A DNA stretch of 34,966 nt from Candidatus Caldarchaeales archaeon (GCA_039630055.1 JBCNVN010000014.1:1-34966), one strand, 5' to 3'; shown: positions 1 to 10,720, counted from the stretch's first letter. Numbers and translations are program-made. Notes: generated from the letters alone by a model not told the origin.

Positions 1-43
1 GCTAGAACTATATGTTTCGAATTGAATCTCCCATTTCGTAATT

Positions 44-2290
44 GAATCTCATAAAGAGAATTGAAAGACGTGGTGGTTCGCCAATCTTTCGGGGTGGATA
101 TGAGGACATGAATCTCATAAAGAGAATTGAAAGATCACTGCATATGTAGACGCTGTACTGGATCCTCTCAACAATCCTCCCGAATCTCATAAAGAGAATT
201 GAAAGTATCCACCTACACCACCCTCCACAGGCTTAACCTCATAATCTTGAATCTCATAAAGAGAATTGAAAGTGAACGTTCACTTAGCATTTCAACAAAC
301 GTACTAAATACAAAAAGAATCTCATAAAGAGAATTGAAAGATATTGATAGGGGGATTAGTGTAGGTAGCTGTGTAGGTTTCGAATCTCATAAAGAGAATT
401 GAAAGAGGAGAGATTGAGGGGTGAGGAGAAGAATGGGTAGGGTCGCGGAATCTCATAAAGAGAATTGAAAGTTTTTGGGAGAACCGTAAATCCATTCTCT
501 CCAGTGTTTTACAGCTTCAAGAATCTCATAAAGAGAATTGAAAGTCTCCTATAATGGTATGCCAACGTTGAGCCATCATCCTTGGCTACGAATCTCATAA
601 AGAGAATTGAAAGCTCCGCGAAGAGGCTTCTACGATATGAGGTGGTGCGTGAATCTCATAAAGAGAATTGAAAGAAATATTCTCCTACTGGGCGATCCCA
701 GTAACCCGGATAGTTTCCCGGAATCTCATAAAGAGAATTGAAAGTCTTCGACTTCTTTAAGAATATTTTCGACCTCTTTCTTGGGAATCTCATAAAGAGA
801 ATTGAAAGTCCCCCCTCTTCCTGTATTCCGCCATAATCTCGCTGAACCTGAATCTCATAAAGAGAATTGAAAGATTGAGAATGAATGACGGGTTTCGGCT
901 CGCTAACTTTTTTGATGAATCTCATAAAGAGAATTGAAAGTTAGATGCTTCAACCATGCATCGCATCAGCATGATGCTTGGAGAATCTCATAAAGAGAAT
1001 TGAAAGATCTAAACCCACATACTGTGCATATCTTTATTCCACCAGAATCTCATAAAGAGAATTGAAAGTTAAGAAGCTGAACCTGATAGTTGAATGGCTT
1101 AAAGTCCAGAATCTCATAAAGAGAATTGAAAGTTTGGAATCACTCCATTGGATATAATATTAGTGTAACGTTATGAATCTCATAAAGAGAATTGAAAGAC
1201 ATCATATGTTGTAGGCGTCGTGTATGTCTTGACATTGTACTTGGAATCTCATAAAGAGAATTGAAAGAGCATTTCTGATGGCTTCAAATCGTCGAAATTA
1301 GTCCCGATAATGAATCTCATAAAGAGAATTGAAAGTGTGAGTAAGAAGGTTGAGAGGAGGGAAGAGCAGAAGAGAATCTCATAAAGAGAATTGAAAGTTT
1401 CTGACGCCTTCGGGAAACACCCCTAAGAGGGAGTGCTGAATCTCATAAAGAGAATTGAAAGTTAGGATCATGTCCTTCCTCATTATGCCAGATGATTGAA
1501 TCTCATAAAGAGAATTGAAAGTCAACACTGTTTTGCCGTCGGGTGCAAAAACAACAACCTCGAATCTCATAAAGAGAATTGAAAGTCCAAATCTGTTAAC
1601 TTCTATGTGTTTTTCTCCAAACCACGAATCTCATAAAGAGAATTGAAAGATATATCTCGGTTGAATCATTTTCAAAGCAGTGTAAACACGAATCTCATAA
1701 AGAGAATTGAAAGCAAATTTCAACCTGTTTGGGTCATGAATGTTTGTAAGCTTCTTGAATCTCATAAAGAGAATTGAAAGTGATAGTCGACAGGACCGCC
1801 TACATTATGAGTGTGAACCTGAATCTCATAAAGAGAATTGAAAGATGTTTGGCTCGCTCCAAACCCTATCTGGAGGTATCCACCCGAATCTCATAAAGAG
1901 AATTGAAAGTTATCTTCTTTACATGTTTGTGTCAATTTTCATACAGAATCTCATAAAGAGAATTGAAAGCTGCGGACCATGAAAAAAACATTTTGTCTTT
2001 TTCCATCTTGAATCTCATAAAGAGAATTGAAAGTATTTACATAGCAACATTAAAAGGGTTCTTATGTGTTCAATGAATCTCATAAAGAGAATTGAAAGAT
2101 GAACGCTGCGTACTCTTTCTCGTTTATCACGTTGGCTACGGAATCTCATAAAGAGAATTGAAAGTCATGGCAATTATTTCAGCACTATATTCAAGTGTCT
2201 TGATAGGAATCTCATAAAGAGAATTGAAAGGTTTTTGAAGAAAATCATGCACCTCGTCGATTGTTTGAACCTCATAAAGGGATTTGAAAG
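44..2290 (+). CRISPR. CRISPR array, 35 repeats of 24 nt (GAATCTCATAAAGAGAATTGAAAG), 34 complete spacers of 36-49 nt; probably continues left of the window
   Basis: Identical repeats counted from 44-67 to 2207-2230. The last copy, 2267-2290 (GAACCTCATAAAGGGATTTGAAAG), has 3 mismatches and marks the trailer end. The 3' ATTGAAAG is the usual 8-nt crRNA 5' tag, so transcription is on the + strand with the leader outside the window. The repeat has a short TCTC-ATAAA-GAGA stem-loop. Confidence 0.99.
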
Positions 2291-2324
2291 AGGGGGATGT
2301 GTTTATGTAATTAAAAAATTTGCT

Positions 2325-2340
2325 GAAAAAGTTTATAATA
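2325..2340 (+). promoter_or_regulatory. Archaeal BRE/TATA promoter for the type III-D operon
   Basis: GAAAAAG-TTTATAATA lies about 25 nt upstream of ATG 2362, consistent with a leaderless transcript. Confidence 0.55.
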
Positions 2341-2361
2341 AACTTTCCACATGTTTCCTTT

Positions 2362-2748
2362 ATGTCTTTACAACTCTCTGAGATATTAAACTATGCTGTT
2401 AGGATAGGTGTACAAGCTAAGTTAGAGAATGTAACTAAGGCGCAGATAGAAAATCTTCTTAGCTCACTAGACTTCGTTAATGATCCAAAATTAAGCCTTC
2501 TAGTAACCTCTGCATACGCTCATAGACAAGCGGCTAGATTGGAGAGAGGACGTAATACTGCAAGATTAGTTAATGAATTAATGGATAAGATCTATAGAGG
2601 TGGAGAAGATAGAGAGAGGGCTAGATTTGCACTAGGTCTTGCAAAATGGATCTACGAAATAATGGAACAATACCGAATACCGAAGACAGATATCTCTACA
2701 TTAACTTTTGAGAAATTCCTCGAACTTCTAAGAGGAGAGCGTCAATGA
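2362..2748 (+). CDS. cas11: Type III-D small subunit (Cas11/Csm2-like)
   Basis: Small alpha-helical ORF that opens a RAMP operon; YAHRQAARL and LGLAKWIYE resemble small-subunit motifs. Start moved from TTG 2320 to ATG 2362 on promoter spacing. Gene order matches the Saccharolobus solfataricus SSO1424-1432 III-D operon. Confidence 0.7.
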   Translation: MSLQLSEILNYAVRIGVQAKLENVTKAQIENLLSSLDFVNDPKLSLLVTSAYAHRQAARLERGRNTARLVNELMDKIYRGGEDRERARFALGLAKWIYEIMEQYRIPKTDISTLTFEKFLELLRGERQ

Positions 2749-3443
2749 CAAACTTCAAAGATCTAGACATACTAAAAATCTTTACAAAGATTGAAGGAAT
2801 ACTGATAAATGAAACACCTCTAAGAATTGGAGTAGGTAGAGAGGGGCCGATAGGTAGCCCAATCGATCTATCAGTCTATCGAGTCAATGGGATACCATGT
2901 ATTCCAGGGTCAAGTCTAAAAGGAGTATTTAGATCATTTGTTGAATCAATAGCATCTTCAAAAGGATACAGAGTGCATCAACCCTGGGATAACCAAATAA
3001 TAGAAGATGAAGCAAAGAATAATAATTTCTGCATTATTTGCGGAATCTTTGGAAGCGGTGAATTAGCAAGCCATGTTAAGATCTATGATTCAACACCCCT
3101 AAAAAATTCAGATGGAAGAACATTTATGAAGACGGGAATAGGGATCGATAGAGAATTTGGAAGCGTAAGGCCTGGACACCTATTTACCGAAGAATTTGTA
3201 ATCCCGAAAACAAAATGGACTTTTAGAATGGATTTATACAATATATCATTGTTTCCTGAGCCAGAAGATGAGAGGGGAAAGCTTTTAAGAACGCTCTTAG
3301 ACACACTAACATCAATTGGTTTAAGCATCGGTGCGAGAAAAAGTGCTGGATGTGGTTTAATTAAACTCTTAGAAGCAAAATGGGAAACATACTCGATAAT
3401 CGATGGAACTTTTAAGCTTAAAGAAAGCGGTGTATTGAGATGA
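2745..3443 (+). CDS. csm3: Cas7-group RAMP (Csm3-like)
   Basis: ETPLRIG, IPGSSLKGVFRS, CIICGIFGS, GIGIDR and G-rich loop IGARKSAGCG; putative catalytic Asp in SPID. ATGA overlaps with neighbours. Confidence 0.9.
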   Translation: MTNFKDLDILKIFTKIEGILINETPLRIGVGREGPIGSPIDLSVYRVNGIPCIPGSSLKGVFRSFVESIASSKGYRVHQPWDNQIIEDEAKNNNFCIICGIFGSGELASHVKIYDSTPLKNSDGRTFMKTGIGIDREFGSVRPGHLFTEEFVIPKTKWTFRMDLYNISLFPEPEDERGKLLRTLLDTLTSIGLSIGARKSAGCGLIKLLEAKWETYSIIDGTFKLKESGVLR

Positions 3444-4381
3444 ACTTCTGGACATCTTCATCTATACTCTTAAGAGAAACAGTCTTCCAAGGATATATTG
3501 TAAATGTTGAGCCTCTACGTATTGGAAGCGGTAAAGAACCGCCATTAGGATCGTTAACAGACCTAGCAGTACTTAGAATAAAATACGGAGAAAAAGATAT
3601 TCCATACATTCCAGGCTCAAGTCTTAAAGGAGTATTTAGAAGTTCTGCAATAATGCTTGCTAGATCAATCGGTCTCAAAGCATGTAGTGGTCTATCAAAA
3701 GATGTATGTACAGAGGTTGAGAAAGTTGTTGAAGGAGCATCGGAGATGAAGTTAGGAGATGTAGTAGAACATTATATTAGAATCGGAGAGCCTGCAAACG
3801 CTATGAAAAAATTCTATGAGAAAGCATGTCTTATATGTAAAATATTTGGCTCACCTCATTATCTATCTAAAGTCTATTTTAGTGATGCATACCCGATCGG
3901 AGATAACGGCGAACTTCTTCCCTTCAGCTTAAACACTAGAACAGGGACAGCGATAGACAGAAAGACTGGAGCAGTATATGGTGGAGCACTTTATACGGTA
4001 GAATTCGTTGAGCCAAATACAAAATTCAAGTTTATGATATATGCTAGAAACTTACCAAACTATGCCCTCGGTCTATTAAGCAGTATTATCAATATGATAA
4101 ACCGTGGAGAAGTAAAGATCGGTGGATTTAAAACTAGAGGATTTGGAACAGTCCATATAGAAGAGCTCCTATTCAAATCCAGAGAGTATCCGAGAACTGA
4201 GGAGACTAAATTGGTCTCCCTCGATCTTGGAGAAGATAAAGAAATCGATCTTACTGGAATAGTCAAGTTGGAGAATAACTGGCTTATTGCAAGAGAAGAG
4301 AATGCTTGGAAGGTTTTAAAGATGTTGGAGGATTTATGGTATGAGTTCGGTAAAAGTTCAAGTGGTAAGAAATCCACCTAG
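3440..4381 (+). CDS. csm3: Cas7-group RAMP (Csm3/Csx7-like backbone subunit)
   Basis: EPLRIGSG, PYIPGSSLKG, CLICKIFGS, AIDRKTG, IGGFKTRGFG; Asp in SLTD. Confidence 0.92.
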   Translation: MNFWTSSSILLRETVFQGYIVNVEPLRIGSGKEPPLGSLTDLAVLRIKYGEKDIPYIPGSSLKGVFRSSAIMLARSIGLKACSGLSKDVCTEVEKVVEGASEMKLGDVVEHYIRIGEPANAMKKFYEKACLICKIFGSPHYLSKVYFSDAYPIGDNGELLPFSLNTRTGTAIDRKTGAVYGGALYTVEFVEPNTKFKFMIYARNLPNYALGLLSSIINMINRGEVKIGGFKTRGFGTVHIEELLFKSREYPRTEETKLVSLDLGEDKEIDLTGIVKLENNWLIAREENAWKVLKMLEDLWYEFGKSSSGKKST

Positions 4382-5306
4382 AGATAGAAGTATACTAGAA
4401 AATCTTTCAGGAAAGATCAGAACATCTATCATATCTCTCTCATACCTCCACATCGGAGCTGGAGATAGAATGCTTCTAGAAACAGAAGAAGGTAAGTTGA
4501 GAGAGATCGCAAAGAGAGCTGGAGATTTAAGAGAGGTAACTAGAGAGATAAGGTTTAAAGAATCTTCACCATTCTCTCTAACGACTAGAGGGCTCACTAT
4601 TCCTGGAAGCTCTATTAAAGGAAACATAAGATCTAGATTGGAATTGAGTTTTAGAAATGTAGATGGTAAAGTTGAAGCATGCTTCCAGAGATCAAGGATC
4701 CTGAAGGCTGAACCATCTATTGGAGAACAAGGTTGGAGACATTACAGGATATGGGGTGAGGTTTTAAGAGAAGATAGAGGCTCACCATGTGATTATACTG
4801 TTAATAAGTCTGTATGCCTTATCTGCGACCTATTTGGAACAGCTGGATTAAAAGGAGTCTTAGAATTCTCAGATTTCATACAAGATAATGTCTCTATAGA
4901 AGTCCTCAGACTACCTTATGGGATAGAGTTTGTAGCAGCAAGACAGAACTCTCGTTTTACAGGTTTCATAAACTTCTACAATCTCAAACCTGAAGAGGTT
5001 GGCCTAATATTAATGGGTATGGGCTTAAAAGATAGTAGGATCGGAAGACCCATACTGTTAGGAAGATTAAAGTATAGGAAGAAGATCGATGAAAGAGAAC
5101 TCGGTAAAGTAAGGTATGAAATAGAATCACTAGAGCTGTTTAGATATTCTAAGCCTCTGAAACTTGATGGTATCGAGATAAGCGGAGGTCAGAAGATATC
5201 TGGAGAAGAACTAGATAGAGTTATCAAGCTTCTTACAAGTCAATCTCTCAAAACCTATACTGGGTTAAAAATAGTCGACGAGGTTGAGAATCTTGAAAAA
5301 CTTTAA
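4341..5306 (+). CDS. Cas7-group RAMP (Csm5-like)
   Basis: YLHIGAG, IPGSSIKGNIRS, CLICDLFG; directly upstream of cas10. Confidence 0.85.
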   Translation: MSSVKVQVVRNPPRDRSILENLSGKIRTSIISLSYLHIGAGDRMLLETEEGKLREIAKRAGDLREVTREIRFKESSPFSLTTRGLTIPGSSIKGNIRSRLELSFRNVDGKVEACFQRSRILKAEPSIGEQGWRHYRIWGEVLREDRGSPCDYTVNKSVCLICDLFGTAGLKGVLEFSDFIQDNVSIEVLRLPYGIEFVAARQNSRFTGFINFYNLKPEEVGLILMGMGLKDSRIGRPILLGRLKYRKKIDERELGKVRYEIESLELFRYSKPLKLDGIEISGGQKISGEELDRVIKLLTSQSLKTYTGLKIVDEVENLEKL

Positions 5307-8034
5307 CGATCTAGAAGTAGAGCTTCCCAAATTCCCAGTATACAAATCATACATCTTACCATATAGGCATGGTGGAGACGAGATCGTAGATGTACTAGAG
5401 GTTGATAGTTACGCCATAGAAGATTGGAGAAAGATGTTATCCTATCTACATGAATTCTTGAGAGAAAGCTTGGCAATCGCTAGATTAAGTGACCAAGATG
5501 AGGTAGAGAAGATTGAACTGGTAAACGATCTCATAGTCCTCTTCTTAAGGATACCGTTGGTAAGAGAACTACTTCCAACAATAGCTCCCAGCCCTCTTAA
5601 ATCATATCTATTCTATAGACTTAATGAGCCTGTGACCACAGGGTCAGTAGAAGATATACTTGATTACGTCTATGCTTTCTACGATAAAATTACGAAAGAG
5701 AAGTTTTCCGAGACATCTGTTTCAAGATTTTTCGATGACCTTGAATTATGTGAACTTGTTGAGAGATGCTGGTTCAGGATCCCTGCAGATACGAGACCAG
5801 GGCCCAACACATGTGGACTTATCCCCCACATACTCTTATCATCTGCTATAGCATGGGCTTTAGCAATAGAGGAGGGCCTCTCAAGAGATAGAGTAGCAGT
5901 ATTAACCCTTGCAGCACTATTACACGATATTGGAAAACCCATAAGATACAGAGACCATGTTAGAGTTTCTGTAGAAGTAGCTAGAGAGCTACTTAAGAAT
6001 CTGCTTTCACAGGAGAAAGTTGATGAAGTAGTTAGATTAATAGAGCTTCACCACATAGGTGATGGCTCTGTTGAAGTTGAGATAATAAAGAGGGCTGACC
6101 ATATTGCTTCTAGAATCGATAGGCTTTCCAGCCTACTGGAAGATCTTCTAAAAAATGAGTTAAATAGAATTTCTAAAGAGACAAGTATAGATATTTATCG
6201 AGGTTATGAAGGTGGAGAGAGCTCTTGGGAGATATGGGAGGAACTGCATAGAGTTAAGCCTGATGCTATTAGAGAGCTCAGCACGTTATTTGTTCAAAGG
6301 ATTAGAGAATCGTTAAACAACTTTCAAGTAGTTCCGAAGATCGTTAAGACCGAAGATGTAAAAGGCGTTCTTATAGGCTTAGTAGACATAGGGGCTATTC
6401 AAGAATTTATCATGGCGACATCTGAGCTTAGAACTGTAGTAGCCTCAAGCCTCATAGTAGATATCCTTACGGCATTATTTATCCCAGTAGAGATCCAGAG
6501 ATCCAATCTTCTCAAAGGCAGAGTTCCTCTGGGGAATATTACGTATGCTGCTGGAGGAGTTGTAGAATTCATAATCCCTGAAAGATTTTATGATAATGTT
6601 CAAGAAGCTCTAGAAAACCTTCATAAGAAAACGTCTAAGATCGGTTTACCGATAAGAGTAGCTCACATAACCTTGAAAGATTACTATCCAGCAACGATTT
6701 TAGAACTCGTCAAAGATATGCAGATAGCTAAGCTCGAAGTGGATAGCTCTAAACAGCATATTACATTGAGTAGAAGTAAAGAGACTAGAGAACTATGCCA
6801 GGTATGCTATCTAAGAACTCCAGTAGAAGATATGCCAACTCCTGAAGGCAGTAAGAGAGTATGTAATATCTGTAAAAGATTATATGAAGTAGGTAGTGAG
6901 TTACATTTCAGATCAAAATACACATCAAAGATAACTATAAATAACAGTAATGTAGTTCCCCGAGAATTATTCGGAAAAGAGTGGGAAAGTATTGGCAAGT
7001 ACATCTTAGAGGTCATAGCAGGTCACGATGAGATAGAATTGGATAAACTTAAAAAACATATTATTGAATATAGGGATTTAGCAGTTATAAAACTTGATGG
7101 AAACCTTATGGGGCCGCTCATGGCTTCAAGCATATCTCTAGCAGACGCATGTGAGAGGAGTGCTAGAATAGATCTAGCTTTAAAGAAAGCTATGGATGAA
7201 GCTATTAAACAAGTTTTTGAAGCTGTTAGAGAAGTTGGTGGAGACCTTCAAGCTTTAAAGATTATCTCGCAGATAAAGCTCGGGTTAATGTATGCTGGAG
7301 GTGACGATGCACTAATCTTTATGCCTTCATGGACTTCGATAGGATTTACGCTAGTTGTTGGTGAAGAATTCTGCCTTAACATGGGAGGAGCGAGAGGATT
7401 ATCCATAGGATTAGCTGTAGGGAAATCCAAAGCAGATATATGGGGTCTGATAACTGCAGCCTCAAAATTAATGAAGATATCTAAAGGAGAAATGTCTGAA
7501 GAGGAGATCTGCAGGAGAGATCCATCAAGTAGCCGTATATGCTTTGATGTCTCAGATAGCCTAACTCTTACGGAGTCATCCGTTAAAACACATCTGGATC
7601 ATCTAAAGAGGGAGGGCTTGACGGCTCAACCCTTAAGGTTTGATGGAGGAGCGCCAAGTTTCAAACAGCTTATCTCTCTAGTAATCTCTGAAGATGTAAA
7701 GCCTAGAGAAGTCTTCAAGAACTGCTATCTCATATCTAGGCTCATAGAAAACGATCAGCAGAGTAGAGCAAAACATGTAAGGAGAGCTATTGCTGAATCG
7801 TTAAGCAGCGCTAGACGTATGGTCAAGAAGGTTAAAGGCTTAGAAGATTATCTAATCTCATTATCGACCACATATGCTTATAGACAGTCTCGAAGGGAAG
7901 AGTTAGATGAACTAACTAGAAGATGCTTCGAGACTATTACTAAGCTCGACTTATCTAGATACAATGGAAAGCAATATTCAATGTACTCAGATGCTGACCG
8001 TTTAATAAAGATCTCTGGAGGTGGAGCGATATGA
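5284..8034 (+). CDS. cas10: Cas10 large subunit with HD nuclease and cyclase Palm domains
   Basis: PADTRP, LLHDIGK (HD), ADHIAS, Zn finger CQVC...CNIC, KLDGNLMG and YAGGDD (intact GGDD). Confidence 0.96.
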   Translation: MRILKNFNDLEVELPKFPVYKSYILPYRHGGDEIVDVLEVDSYAIEDWRKMLSYLHEFLRESLAIARLSDQDEVEKIELVNDLIVLFLRIPLVRELLPTIAPSPLKSYLFYRLNEPVTTGSVEDILDYVYAFYDKITKEKFSETSVSRFFDDLELCELVERCWFRIPADTRPGPNTCGLIPHILLSSAIAWALAIEEGLSRDRVAVLTLAALLHDIGKPIRYRDHVRVSVEVARELLKNLLSQEKVDEVVRLIELHHIGDGSVEVEIIKRADHIASRIDRLSSLLEDLLKNELNRISKETSIDIYRGYEGGESSWEIWEELHRVKPDAIRELSTLFVQRIRESLNNFQVVPKIVKTEDVKGVLIGLVDIGAIQEFIMATSELRTVVASSLIVDILTALFIPVEIQRSNLLKGRVPLGNITYAAGGVVEFIIPERFYDNVQEALENLHKKTSKIGLPIRVAHITLKDYYPATILELVKDMQIAKLEVDSSKQHITLSRSKETRELCQVCYLRTPVEDMPTPEGSKRVCNICKRLYEVGSELHFRSKYTSKITINNSNVVPRELFGKEWESIGKYILEVIAGHDEIELDKLKKHIIEYRDLAVIKLDGNLMGPLMASSISLADACERSARIDLALKKAMDEAIKQVFEAVREVGGDLQALKIISQIKLGLMYAGGDDALIFMPSWTSIGFTLVVGEEFCLNMGGARGLSIGLAVGKSKADIWGLITAASKLMKISKGEMSEEEICRRDPSSSRICFDVSDSLTLTESSVKTHLDHLKREGLTAQPLRFDGGAPSFKQLISLVISEDVKPREVFKNCYLISRLIENDQQSRAKHVRRAIAESLSSARRMVKKVKGLEDYLISLSTTYAYRQSRREELDELTRRCFETITKLDLSRYNGKQYSMYSDADRLIKISGGGAI

Positions 8035-8711
8035 GATTCTACGTTAGAGCTAGACCTGTAGGAATAGCTTTAGTCGGTTGGAGTTATCCCTCAATGTTTG
8101 ATATCGATGTACCTTTCATGAGGAAGATCGTGAAAATGCTTAAGCCATCTAGTGATAGAGATTACGATATGAAGGTTTACATACCTGGTTCAAGCTTTAA
8201 GGGTTCTTTAAGATCTTCGGTGAGCAGGATAGCCAGCTCTTATGGTTTCACTTCATGTGGATATATCGAGCCTGAACTTATTAGAATAGCTCATCAGAGA
8301 AGTGGTATATGCGATGTCTGTAAGATCTTTGGTTATCCTGGAAGCAATACTTCTAGCCTTATCCATGTCAGCGACCTAGACCCTGTAAACAGCATTAGAA
8401 CATTCAACGTTACTAGAACCAAGCTTGAAGATGGGTCTCTTAAAGTCTTCGAGCACGCTCTCTATACATATGAGCATATCGATGACCAAGCAGAGTTTAG
8501 AGGATATATTGAAGTTGAGTCTAAAAATCCAGATATACTGGGTCTCGTTCTTCTAGGTTTAGCAGAGCTTAGACTTGGTAGAATGGGTAGAAGCTCTATC
8601 TTCGACCTAAGAATTGAAGAATCCAGAGAGCTTAGAGACCTTCTATCTAAGACTAAATGGATCTATCTACTAGAAGATCTGGAGAGGTGGCTCTGGATTG
8701 GAGTTACTTAA
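8031..8711 (+). CDS. Cas7-group RAMP
   Basis: YIPGSSFKGSLRS, CDVCKIFG, LGRMGRSS loop. Confidence 0.88.
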   Translation: MRFYVRARPVGIALVGWSYPSMFDIDVPFMRKIVKMLKPSSDRDYDMKVYIPGSSFKGSLRSSVSRIASSYGFTSCGYIEPELIRIAHQRSGICDVCKIFGYPGSNTSSLIHVSDLDPVNSIRTFNVTRTKLEDGSLKVFEHALYTYEHIDDQAEFRGYIEVESKNPDILGLVLLGLAELRLGRMGRSSIFDLRIEESRELRDLLSKTKWIYLLEDLERWLWIGVT

Positions 8712-9816
8712 GATTGTATTCGAGACGAGGTCTCCTACCATAGTAACTAGTAAGATGTCTAAAAGAGGATACTGTACACCGTTGGATTATATTCCACCAT
8801 CAACTCTCAGAGGCGCATTAATATCTTCACTCTACAGAAGTGAGATCGTTGATAAAGACTATCTAAGTAGGGAGGCTGAATCACCTAACATCGTTACTTC
8901 ACCAGCATTCCCACTAGACCGAGGGAGAGAATCGTATCCAGCCCACCCATTCATCTATGAATGTAAGATACCTCATGAAAAGAACGGTCAGAGGTTTAGA
9001 GAGAGATATAATGATGGTAGAGAGATCTTACAGACTATTAAAGAGGGATTGGATATAAAAATCAGACAGTTATGTAGTGTGGGTCATCCATCATTGGAGA
9101 ACCTTCACCCGAGACTTCTCATTCCACTTAAAGAATCGTTTGAAGAAGTTAAGTTGCTTACTATGCACTTTGTAAATACAGGTGTAAACAAGCATAGAGG
9201 TACATCTCATAAAGGTATGCTATTCGAGTATGAAGCAATAGTTGAAGGCGTAGAGTTCTGGTCGAACATATCTACTCCAGAAGAGTTTGTCGAAGTTTTC
9301 AAGCCTGGTTTTGAATTCTCTATTGGAAGAGGTGTATCAAGAGGGTTTGGAAAAGCCGTGATAAAGGATGTTAAGAAGATAAACTTAGACGAGGAAGCTG
9401 AAGATTTTAAAAAGATATTAGAAAATAATAGAAGGATCGTCTTCTACTCTCTCTCAAATCTACTCTCAGTACGAGCGGACAATACTGCTTCGACATATCC
9501 GAGTGAGATAGAACTTAGACGTATAGGTGAAAGATTTAACGTCAACGTCGGTGGAAGGATCATTATAGAAAAAGTATATGGTAAGATGTCCGCCTTCCAC
9601 TCTGGATGGGATATTAGGAGTAATATGGAGAGACCGATTATACGGTCAGCATCCCGTGGAAGTATAGCGATTGGAAGAGTTTCTGGGACAGGTGAATTGT
9701 CTAAGATTTTAGCTATTCTAAGTCATATAGGGACGATTGAGTATGGTCTAGACTTCAATATAACGGGGGTAAACATTCTCGTACCTTTAGAGATACATCC
9801 AATGGCAGGGTGGTAG
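8698..9816 (+). CDS. csx10: Cas5-group RAMP, Csx10-like (type III-D signature)
   Basis: DYIPPSTLRGAL, GMLFEYEAI, IGRGVSRGFG; length and position match the III-D Cas5-group subunit. Confidence 0.78.
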   Translation: MELLKIVFETRSPTIVTSKMSKRGYCTPLDYIPPSTLRGALISSLYRSEIVDKDYLSREAESPNIVTSPAFPLDRGRESYPAHPFIYECKIPHEKNGQRFRERYNDGREILQTIKEGLDIKIRQLCSVGHPSLENLHPRLLIPLKESFEEVKLLTMHFVNTGVNKHRGTSHKGMLFEYEAIVEGVEFWSNISTPEEFVEVFKPGFEFSIGRGVSRGFGKAVIKDVKKINLDEEAEDFKKILENNRRIVFYSLSNLLSVRADNTASTYPSEIELRRIGERFNVNVGGRIIIEKVYGKMSAFHSGWDIRSNMERPIIRSASRGSIAIGRVSGTGELSKILAILSHIGTIEYGLDFNITGVNILVPLEIHPMAGW

Positions 9817-9817
9817 G

Positions 9818-10720
9818 ATGGAGCTACATCTAAACCCGATGATGTTTAAAGTTATCGGCATACTATCGTTCAAGCTGGTCTCACCGCTAAATATCGGTCT
9901 AGGCGAGAGAGAAGTTAGAAGAGACTTCTTAAGAATTCCTGATGGAAGATTACTAATACCTGCATCTACATGGAAGGGATCATTCAGGCATCTAACAGAG
10001 CTAATTGCAAAGAATACGAAATTCAATGGCATAACCGAATTAGCCGTAAGACTCTACAAAGAAACAAAAGCAGGAATCATCTACAGTGAAGATAAGGAAA
10101 GGTTTAAAGAATTTGCTTATGGATTCCAGAAGAGTCTTTGGGATGTCAAGGTGAGAGATGTCTTGCTAGATATCGGCTACTCTAATGAGGATATTGAAGA
10201 AGCTCAGAAAGATACAGACACTGGACGCCAAAAACTGCTCGAGATAGCTGAAGACTACATAGCTATCCATTGCCCAATCGGTAAACTTTATGGAAACAAA
10301 GTATTAGCTGGAAAAATCCGATTTCTAGACAATCTGACTAAACTGGGTAGCAATGAAGTGGAGCTTCATATCAGACCTGGAACCGGGATAGATAGACAGA
10401 CTGGTAAGGTAAGAGAAGGAGTATTATACTTTATCAATACGATCTCACCTGGACCAGAAATAAGGTTAAGATTGATAATAGACAACTTGATGCCTAGAGA
10501 AGATGATTCAAGATTGTTTGCAAGCACTCTTGAAGCATTGAAGTTTACAGGTTTATCGATAGGTGCTAGGAAGAGTGCTGGAATGGGTCATCTGAATCTA
10601 GATAAGGCAACCTTCTACCTTATCGATCTGAGAAAAGATGAGAACCTCGCTATAGGCAACCCCTTCAAGAAAGCAGAAAAGATAGATCTTGAAGGGTTCA
10701 TAAAATGGCTCCGAGAGTAG
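9818..10720 (+). CDS. Cas7-group RAMP
   Basis: SPLNIG, IPASTWKGSFR, GIDRQTG, IGARKSAGMG. Confidence 0.88.
   Translation: MELHLNPMMFKVIGILSFKLVSPLNIGLGEREVRRDFLRIPDGRLLIPASTWKGSFRHLTELIAKNTKFNGITELAVRLYKETKAGIIYSEDKERFKEFAYGFQKSLWDVKVRDVLLDIGYSNEDIEEAQKDTDTGRQKLLEIAEDYIAIHCPIGKLYGNKVLAGKIRFLDNLTKLGSNEVELHIRPGTGIDRQTGKVREGVLYFINTISPGPEIRLRLIIDNLMPREDDSRLFASTLEALKFTGLSIGARKSAGMGHLNLDKATFYLIDLRKDENLAIGNPFKKAEKIDLEGFIKWLRE

Noticed and set aside
21-30. ATTGAATCTC in the first partial spacer, duplicating 41-50
   Set aside because: Only 7 nt match the repeat start and the rest of the repeat is absent; likely chance.
8-1570. Minus-strand ORFs 8-190, 656-925 and 1379-1570
   Set aside because: They are read-throughs of CRISPR repeats (recurring LSILFMRF and FNSLYEI), not genes.
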